DNA from: Alphaproteobacteria bacterium bin98
GTDB lineage: Bacteria; Pseudomonadota; Alphaproteobacteria; Bin98
Direction: 5' to 3'
DNA length: 64,000 nucleotides
Assembly: GCA_002238905.1 (NCBI GenBank)
Contig: MPNG01000003.1
Span: 34,121 to 98,120, forward strand
Below the pieces are notes generated by a model that made no database searches, was not told the origin of the DNA, and was given only the letters and a program-made list of their open reading frames with translations. Below are positions 57,875-64,000 of this stretch, in pieces. Position 1 is the first letter of the stretch. Each line of letters opens with the position of its first letter. Made by a program: the position numbers and the translations under genes.

Positions 57875-60438
57875 TAAATCTTTCCATGACAGTGCTTATA
57901 CTTCTTATCCGACCCACACGGACAAGGCGCGTTGCGCGATGCAGGAGGGGTTAAAGATGGCGCCGATCGTGCCTCAGAATGTTTCAAAATATCCTGAAGG
58001 TGGTTAAAGAGCACACTGCTAACCTCTAAGGAGATCATACTAAGAAGCTTCAAAAATAAATCAAAAGCCTCCTTCTTAAACTCCACTAGAGGGTTGCCCT
58101 GAGCGTAGGATCGCAAATTAACACCTTGCTTCAAATGATCAATGCGCGCTAGGTGTTGCCGCCAGTTGTTATCAATAGTAGATAAAATATAATAAGCAAC
58201 AAAGTGGCTTTGATCGGAATCAAGAACCTTAATAGCCGGAATAATTTTATCACAAAGAATCTCAAAGAGGCTTTTCTCGATTAAAGACACACTACTCAAA
58301 GCACCTAACCCCTGCATGCGCTCATCCCGAAAGATATGACTCACCCTTCCCACAAACTCCTGCACACGCTCTGGCGAAAGCTCATCCCCGGGAAAACCTT
58401 CTTCCAAAAGCATATTAGCAGCCTCGTGCATGTGATCCTCCACAATCTCAAGTAATGGTTTTTCATCATCTAAAAGATCGCGACGCATGCTGTAAATCAT
58501 TTCACGCTGCTTGTTGCTCACATTATCATAGTTCAATAGATGCTTACGAATCTCATAGTTTTGAGCCTCCACTCGACCCTGAGCACGCTCAATAGACTTG
58601 GTAATAAGCTTATGTTCGATGGGCTCACCTTTTTGGCTTTTCATCTGGCTCATTAAAAACTGCATTTTATCGCCCGCAAAAATACGCATCAAGTCATCTT
58701 CCATACACAGGTAGAAAACACTCTCTCCAACATCTCCTTGACGACCCGCACGACCGCGCAACTGGTTGTCAATACGCCTGCTTTCGTGACGCTCCGTACC
58801 AATAATACACAACCCTCCTGCGACCAAAACCGCAGATTTTTTTTCAGAAAAATCTTTTTCTATTCTCTCAAGGTCGCTTTGCAAAAGCTCTTTCTTGGAT
58901 CGCATACCCTCAACATAAAAATCCATATTGCCACCAAGCTTAATATCTGTTCCACGCCCAGCCATGTTGGTGGCAATAGTAACTGCACCAACGGATCCTG
59001 CGCTTGCAATGATGGAAGCTTCTTTTGTATGATTCTTTGCGTTCAAAACATTGTGCGGAATTTTTTCTTTGCGCAAAATACGCGCAAAGGCCTCGGATTT
59101 TTCAATACTCACCGTGCCCAACAACACTGGTTGGCCCTTCTTCTGACATTCTTTAATTTTAGCAAGAATGGCTCCCGCCTTTTCTTCAAAGGTAGCGTAA
59201 AGCAAATCCTGCCTATCTTCACGCATCAAAGGCCTATTGGTAGGAAGCGCCACGCACGAAAGTTTATAAATCTCCTGAAACTCAACACTTTCCGTCATAA
59301 CGGTGCCACTCATACCCGAAAGAGTCTTATACATTCTGAAAAGGTTTTGGTACGTAATGGAGGCCAGAGTTTGGTTTTCCTGCTGAATGGCAACCCCCTC
59401 TTTAGCCTCAATAGCCTGATGAAGGTTATCTGAAAAACGACGACCATCCATAATACGGCCAGTGAACTCATCAATGATGTGCACTTTTTTATCGCGCACA
59501 ATATAATCTTTGTTTTTACTAAACAAGCGATGTGCTTTAAGGGATTGCGTTATAAAGTGCACCAAAGAAGAGTTTTCTATATCATATAAAGAAGCCTCTT
59601 TGTCCAAAACACCGGCATTTTTCAAAAACTGCTCTACAAAAGACATTCCCTCTTCTGTTAAAGAGGTACTCTTTCCTTTTTCATCAATATCGTAATGTTC
59701 CTTCTTAAGATTCAACACTACCTTATTAGCCAGATGACACAAATCTTCTTTTTTATCTGTAGGACCAGAAATAATCAAAGGTGTTCGCGCTTCATCAATC
59801 AGAATGCTATCAACCTCATCCACTAACGCAAAGTGCAAAACTCGCAAAACCTTTTGCTCAAGAGAAGATCGCATGTTATCTCTCAAATAATCAAATCCAA
59901 GCTCATTATTAGTAACATAGGTAATGTCACAAGCATACTGAGCCGATCTTTCCTCTGGCGACATACCAGACTGTATAATACCAACAGTCATACCAAGGAA
60001 TTCAAAGATCTGACCCATCCACTCAGCATCACGCTTTGCCAGATAGTCATTCACCGTTACAATATGAGCGCCAAAACCCTCTAGTGCCACAACATAAGCC
60101 GGCAGTGTAGCCACCAAAGTTTTACCTTCTCCAGTAGCCATTTCTGCCACTTTACCGTCAAACAGGACAATGCCCCCCATGATTTGCACATCGAAATGCC
60201 TCATGTTCAAAGCACGCTTTGCCGCCTCACGCACCAATGCAAAGCCAACATCCAAAATGTCTTTTCGCGAAGCGCCTTGCTTGATTTTCTCACGCAACTC
60301 GGCAGTTTTCTGTGGAAAGTCTTCATCCTTTAAAGCCATCATTTCTGGCTCTAACGCATTCACTGTCTGAACTATTTTTTTTAAGTTTTTGACAAACTTA
60401 TCATTTTTTGTTGGAAATATTTTTCTTAAAAACTGCAT
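57874..60438 (-). CDS. secA: Preprotein translocase ATPase SecA
   Basis: The 854 aa protein has the DEAD-like motor motifs (MATGEGKTLV, LVDEVDSILIDEARTPLIISG) and the C-terminal zinc finger CPCGSDKKYKHCHG. Confidence 0.9.
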   Translation of the reverse strand: MQFLRKIFPTKNDKFVKNLKKIVQTVNALEPEMMALKDEDFPQKTAELREKIKQGASRKDILDVGFALVREAAKRALNMRHFDVQIMGGIVLFDGKVAEMATGEGKTLVATLPAYVVALEGFGAHIVTVNDYLAKRDAEWMGQIFEFLGMTVGIIQSGMSPEERSAQYACDITYVTNNELGFDYLRDNMRSSLEQKVLRVLHFALVDEVDSILIDEARTPLIISGPTDKKEDLCHLANKVVLNLKKEHYDIDEKGKSTSLTEEGMSFVEQFLKNAGVLDKEASLYDIENSSLVHFITQSLKAHRLFSKNKDYIVRDKKVHIIDEFTGRIMDGRRFSDNLHQAIEAKEGVAIQQENQTLASITYQNLFRMYKTLSGMSGTVMTESVEFQEIYKLSCVALPTNRPLMREDRQDLLYATFEEKAGAILAKIKECQKKGQPVLLGTVSIEKSEAFARILRKEKIPHNVLNAKNHTKEASIIASAGSVGAVTIATNMAGRGTDIKLGGNMDFYVEGMRSKKELLQSDLERIEKDFSEKKSAVLVAGGLCIIGTERHESRRIDNQLRGRAGRQGDVGESVFYLCMEDDLMRIFAGDKMQFLMSQMKSQKGEPIEHKLITKSIERAQGRVEAQNYEIRKHLLNYDNVSNKQREMIYSMRRDLLDDEKPLLEIVEDHMHEAANMLLEEGFPGDELSPERVQEFVGRVSHIFRDERMQGLGALSSVSLIEKSLFEILCDKIIPAIKVLDSDQSHFVAYYILSTIDNNWRQHLARIDHLKQGVNLRSYAQGNPLVEFKKEAFDLFLKLLSMISLEVSSVLFNHLQDILKHSEARSAPSLTPPASRNAPCPCGSDKKYKHCHGKI

Positions 60439-60520
60439 ATAATACCCTTGCGATTATATCATAAAAAATTCAATTCGTTTTTTTGTAAGATATCTGGTAC
60501 AATCTTATTGTAGGCAATCA

Positions 60521-60603
60521 GCCCGCTTGGTGGAATTGGTAGACACTACGGACTTAAAATCCGTTGGCTTTATGCCGTGCCGGTTCGAGTCCGGCAGTGG
60601 GTA
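60521..60603 (+). tRNA. tRNA-Leu (anticodon TAA)
   Basis: The sequence is GCCCGCTTGGTGGAATTGGTAGACACTACGGACTTAAAATCCGTTGGCTTTATGCCGTGCCGGTTCGAGTCCGGCAGTGGGTA. It has a long variable arm, and no CCA is encoded. Confidence 0.8.
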
Positions 60604-60604
60604 T

Positions 60605-60680
60605 GGGGGCTTAGCTCAGTTGGTAGAGCAGCTGACTTTTAATCAGTTGGTCATAGGTTCGAATCCTATAGCCCCCACCA
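60605..60680 (+). tRNA. tRNA-Lys (anticodon TTT)
   Basis: The sequence is GGGGGCTTAGCTCAGTTGGTAGAGCAGCTGACTTTTAATCAGTTGGTCATAGGTTCGAATCCTATAGCCCCCACCA. It is a perfect cloverleaf with CCA encoded. Confidence 0.85.
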
Positions 60681-60690
60681 TAGTCTAATT

Positions 60691-61026
60691 ATGGCACATG
60701 TAGTAACGGAAAAATGTATTAAGTGCAAATACACTGATTGCGTTGAGGTGTGCCCAGTTGACTGTTTCCTCGAGCTGCCTGATATGCTAATCATTGATCC
60801 CAACACCTGTATTGACTGTGGCCTGTGCGTCCAGGAGTGCCCCGTGAATGCCATCGTTAACGATTTGTATGACCCCACAAACACATGGTCTCTCTACAAC
60901 AAAAACAAAATCAAAGACGCAGTGCCAATATTTGAAAAAAAACTACCACCAAAAGATGCAGACTCCTTTGCACACAAAGAAAACAAAGAGGCTTTACTAC
61001 CAGACTTCAAAGAAAAGTCTCAGTAG
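60691..61026 (+). CDS. fdxA: Ferredoxin, 2[4Fe-4S]/7Fe FdxA type
   Basis: The 111 aa protein has CIKCKYTDCVEVCPVDCF and CIDCGLCVQECPV, the two Cys clusters. Confidence 0.75.
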   Translation: MAHVVTEKCIKCKYTDCVEVCPVDCFLELPDMLIIDPNTCIDCGLCVQECPVNAIVNDLYDPTNTWSLYNKNKIKDAVPIFEKKLPPKDADSFAHKENKEALLPDFKEKSQ

Positions 61027-61068
61027 GGGAGCGCGCGCAGGCGCCCTCCCAACACCTACCTTGATGAC

Positions 61069-62904
61069 CTAATACAAAATATCAACACCACCGGCTGAAT
61101 AACTGCCTGACGAGCCGAAAAAAGCACCTGCCTCACCGATTGAATCACTGTGTGAAGAGAGGATACCTTCAAGGCGCCCATACAACTCTACATCGAAACC
61201 CTGAGCTAACAACATCAAATGCAGCGCTGAATTCGCATCCACACACACTTTTCCCCGCTCTTTGAGAGCACAGTAGGCTCTGCGCACAGTCTCCCATAGG
61301 GAAGAAAATCTGAGAGATTTAAGTTCTGGATCCTCCAAAAGGTAGTCACAAACAAACCTCAAAAAATGATTATCATTTAGAAGGATAGGGAGACTCGAAT
61401 CAGCCAAACTCCATGTATCTCGATCAGCAGAAGTGCCAAAATACCCACAGATAGAATCCATGCTCTGCACAAATTTTTGGAATATAACACGCTCTTTGAG
61501 CGCGTCAACCATCCCTACCTTTTGCTTATCTTCGATCGCTATAGCCTTGAGACACTGTTCTGCACTCAGCCCTTCAAGGGAAACAGCAACCTGTTGGAGC
61601 GCGTAATTTGTGGTGTAACCCACAATCACACCCTTAATAATATTCAGCGCGTGGTTCCCTGATTCATCAAGGAATGTTTGTGCTGACCTCAACGGCATCC
61701 TCACCTCTTCTTCACCCTCTTTTTCTTCCTGGTCTTGGGAACAAACACTGCCCTCATCGGAGCGATCATCTACCTGATTCACTTTTTGAAGCACTGCATA
61801 TTTAATCCCCACATCTTGATTTTGCGCCTCCAACTCAGATGTCGATATTTTTTTCGCAGACTCCAGCGCTTCAACAACTGCTGTGCGCAAATTATCAAAA
61901 AAGCCCGCAACACTGATCCAATCCTCAAGGATTGAATCCGATATTTCAGAATTAGGACAAAATGATGCATACAGATCAGCTATGCCACATGTGCATGCGT
62001 CCACAAACTCCCGCCCTTCTGCATTTTTGTTATTCACACAACACAAAATGGCTTGATCCACAATAGCGTCACGCAACAATTGAGTGTCAACGGCTTGGTT
62101 GGCAAAATCAGCATTCAATTCTTCAGGAAAAGGAAACACACGAGCTAGTGCGCCTGCCAAATCATTAAGTTTTTTTTTGTGGCTTGCAGCAAATGTTGCC
62201 GCAGCCGGCACATCTGATGAGTGAAATTTTTTACTCTTTTGAGCAAAGAAGGTCAAAAAAGTGTCGAGAAAAGGGAAAATCCCTCCTACCCTCAACCCGT
62301 CATCGTAAGTCGATGATCTCTCGGGAGAAGCAACATGCGCACACGCCTCAGGGGGGCCTTGAGGCCCAAATGTGACCCTTCCTGAAAAGCCGCTAAAATG
62401 AGGGAAAAATTTTGACAGGAAATCACGAGAAGAATCAAATAGCGCAGATATGACTAGTGCTTCGCACTTCCACGAGAGCGGATGATCAGAGTCCGCTCCA
62501 TGTTGAATCATAGGTGTGCCAGGGTTCATCGTGAGAATAAAAAATTCTGACTGCTCTCTTTCCTGCAAGGTCATTCCTTCATCCTTCAAACAGTATCCTC
62601 GCGCATGCAAATAATTCTTTCTCGGATCAGTAGGCAAAGCTCCATCAACACTCTCAACGCCAACCCTTTCCTCTCCCGATTCAGTCTGAATGCCAAACAA
62701 AATTTCACCACAGAACATTGGAGAACTATCACGGAGTAAGACCTCGCAACTCTCCAGATCATCTTTCGGCACAGTCAAGACTGCACCCTGCGCTGCAGAC
62801 AAAGACAATAATAAACTCACAACTATAAAACAAAACATAACCCCTCCATATCTATTATTGAAACTATCACGCATTTTTAAAAAATCAAAAACGCACCTTC
62901 TCAA
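61069..62904 (-). CDS. Large secreted Cys-containing hypothetical protein with no recognisable family
   Basis: The 611 aa protein has a signal-like segment, FCFIVVSLLLSLSAAQGA, after a short basic N-terminus. It has an acidic stretch, DQEEKEGEEE, and no enzymatic motifs. Confidence 0.45.
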   Translation of the reverse strand: MRRCVFDFLKMRDSFNNRYGGVMFCFIVVSLLLSLSAAQGAVLTVPKDDLESCEVLLRDSSPMFCGEILFGIQTESGEERVGVESVDGALPTDPRKNYLHARGYCLKDEGMTLQEREQSEFFILTMNPGTPMIQHGADSDHPLSWKCEALVISALFDSSRDFLSKFFPHFSGFSGRVTFGPQGPPEACAHVASPERSSTYDDGLRVGGIFPFLDTFLTFFAQKSKKFHSSDVPAAATFAASHKKKLNDLAGALARVFPFPEELNADFANQAVDTQLLRDAIVDQAILCCVNNKNAEGREFVDACTCGIADLYASFCPNSEISDSILEDWISVAGFFDNLRTAVVEALESAKKISTSELEAQNQDVGIKYAVLQKVNQVDDRSDEGSVCSQDQEEKEGEEEVRMPLRSAQTFLDESGNHALNIIKGVIVGYTTNYALQQVAVSLEGLSAEQCLKAIAIEDKQKVGMVDALKERVIFQKFVQSMDSICGYFGTSADRDTWSLADSSLPILLNDNHFLRFVCDYLLEDPELKSLRFSSLWETVRRAYCALKERGKVCVDANSALHLMLLAQGFDVELYGRLEGILSSHSDSIGEAGAFFGSSGSYSAGGVDILY

Positions 62905-63071
62905 AAAACCTTATATTTTTCAAGTCAAGAAAGGTGATTGAACAAATCAACCTTTCTTGGTGAGCGCCTACAAATTCTAAAATAAAAAAGATACCCAACC
63001 TCCTTTTTCTTGCCAAAATCAATAAAACAACAAAAAAAACACAGATCCTCCCTCAAATCTAACAACAACTC

Positions 63072-63100
63072 TTGTCATTGAGCGTGAGTAATACTATAAT
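63072..63100 (+). promoter_or_regulatory. Consensus-like sigma70 promoter, TTGTCA-N17-TATAAT, upstream of rho
   Basis: The sequence is read directly. The -10 is a perfect TATAAT, 20 nt before the rho ATG at 63121. Confidence 0.5.
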
Positions 63101-63120
63101 GAAACAAAGGTTTCCCCCAA

Positions 63121-64000
63121 ATGAATGAAAAAACAGTGACGGACATAAGCGTCCTCAGAAGCTTGTCTTCAGAAAATTTACTCGCAAAAGCCAACGATCT
63201 TGGCATTGATCACCCCAATTCTTTACGCAAACAAGACTTGATTTTTTCTATGATGAAAAACTTGTCTAAGAGAGGTGATATCCTTACAGCGCGAGGTATA
63301 GCAGAGGTTATGCCAGACGGATTCGCATTTTTACGATTTCCAGAATACAACTACCTCACAGGCGCAGACGATATTTATATAGCCCCATCTCATGTAAGAC
63401 GCTTAGGCATCAAAACAGGCGACGATTTAATGTGCGAAATGAGACGCCCCAAAGAAAGTGAGCGCTATTTTTCGGCTGGCAAAATTCTTGAAATACATGG
63501 CCAAAAACCAAACACATCATCTCGCAAAATCTCTTTTGATAACAGCACCCCCCTTTATCCAGACACGGCGATACAGCTAGAAATGGATAACTATCCAGAC
63601 AAAAGTATGAGAGACACACTGCGCATAATTGACATCATTGCCCCTATTGGAAAAGGGCAAAGAGCCCTCATTGTAGCTCCACCAAGATCTGGAAAAACAG
63701 TGATGCTACAAAGCATAGCTCAATCTATCGAAACCAACCACCCAGAAGTGGAAATGATGGTGCTTTTGATAGATGAGCGCCCAGAAGAAGTCACTGACAT
63801 GGCAAGAACAGTCAAAAGCGCTGTCTTCAGCTCTACATTTGACGAGCCAGCACACCGTCACATACAGGTAGCAGACATGGTGATAGAGCGCGCCAAGCGA
63901 TTGGTGGAACACAAGAAGGATGTGGTGATATTACTTGACTCCATCACCCGACTTGCGCGCGCCTACAACTCCGTCACCCCTTCATCAGGGAAGGTTTTGA
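63121..64000 (+). CDS. rho: Transcription termination factor Rho (3' partial; continues past the window edge)
   Basis: The N-terminal domain reads [29 protein letters not shown]. The CSD-like RNA-binding region and the P-loop APPRSGKT are present, and there is no stop before 64000. Confidence 0.9.
   Translation, partial: MNEKTVTDISVLRSLSSENLLAKANDLGIDHPNSLRKQDLIFSMMKNLSKRGDILTARGIAEVMPDGFAFLRFPEYNYLTGADDIYIAPSHVRRLGIKTGDDLMCEMRRPKESERYFSAGKILEIHGQKPNTSSRKISFDNSTPLYPDTAIQLEMDNYPDKSMRDTLRIIDIIAPIGKGQRALIVAPPRSGKTVMLQSIAQSIETNHPEVEMMVLLIDERPEEVTDMARTVKSAVFSSTFDEPAHRHIQVADMVIERAKRLVEHKKDVVILLDSITRLARAYNSVTPSSGKVL

Noticed and set aside
58738-59433. A 231 aa plus-strand ORF inside secA. Similar long antisense ORFs lie inside iscS (22077..22607), leuS (16843..17250) and the first HtrA-like paralog (1830..2186).
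   Set aside because: They are entirely embedded antisense to strongly supported conserved genes. They show low-complexity or odd composition and no family resemblance. They are classic shadow ORFs.
60480-60520. TTGTAA/TACAAT hexamers upstream of the tRNA-Leu/tRNA-Lys pair, considered as a promoter.
   Set aside because: The spacer lengths (9 or 19 nt) do not fit a sigma70 promoter.
61027-61068. A GC-rich palindrome (GGGAGCGCGCGCAGGCGCCCTCCC) between the convergent fdxA and 611 aa genes, considered as a bidirectional terminator.
   Set aside because: The stem is imperfect and there is no flanking U-run on either strand. It was kept as a note only and not annotated as a feature.

Overview
This 64 kb window is a densely packed, mostly co-linear chromosomal region from an alphaproteobacterium with reduced-genome, Rickettsiales/Anaplasmataceae-like gene content. 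The phylum call rests on the split atpI-B-E-F'-F operon, an isc cluster with hscB/hscA and an Anaplasma-like housekeeping set; the lineage call is low confidence. GC is roughly 45-50% by eye. About 70 CDS and 5 tRNAs are supported. The housekeeping backbone is: tadA, rpsU, xthA, erpA, prfB, leuS, rsmE, greA, iscS-iscU-iscA-hscB-hscA, rlmE, murA, dcd, a class I aldolase, an MFS transporter, a sHSP, an M48 peptidase, a family-4 UDG, recG, an Omp85-family protein, the ATP synthase F0 genes, rpmB, murJ-glmU-glmS, a dpp/opp-type ABC importer, rpsA, cmk, secA, a ferredoxin and rho (3' partial). The most unusual content is at the left end, 1-7509 on the minus strand. There, at least six tandem, start/stop-overlapping paralogs encode secreted HtrA/DegP-like trypsin-fold proteins with PDZ domains. 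Only one of them (3612..4949) keeps a recognisable His/Asp/Ser catalytic triad; the others look like pseudoproteases. Other accessory-looking items are two large secreted proteins with no recognisable family (42519..44201 and 61069..62904), a GlmS-like SIS-domain ORF between glmU and glmS, an HscB with a eukaryote-like tetracysteine N-terminus, a sHSP with a signal-like N-terminus and a Cys-rich insert, three tandem LysE-type exporters, and a perfect inverted-repeat operator candidate in the divergent promoter region of a porin-like gene. No CRISPR arrays, IS elements or rRNA genes are present.
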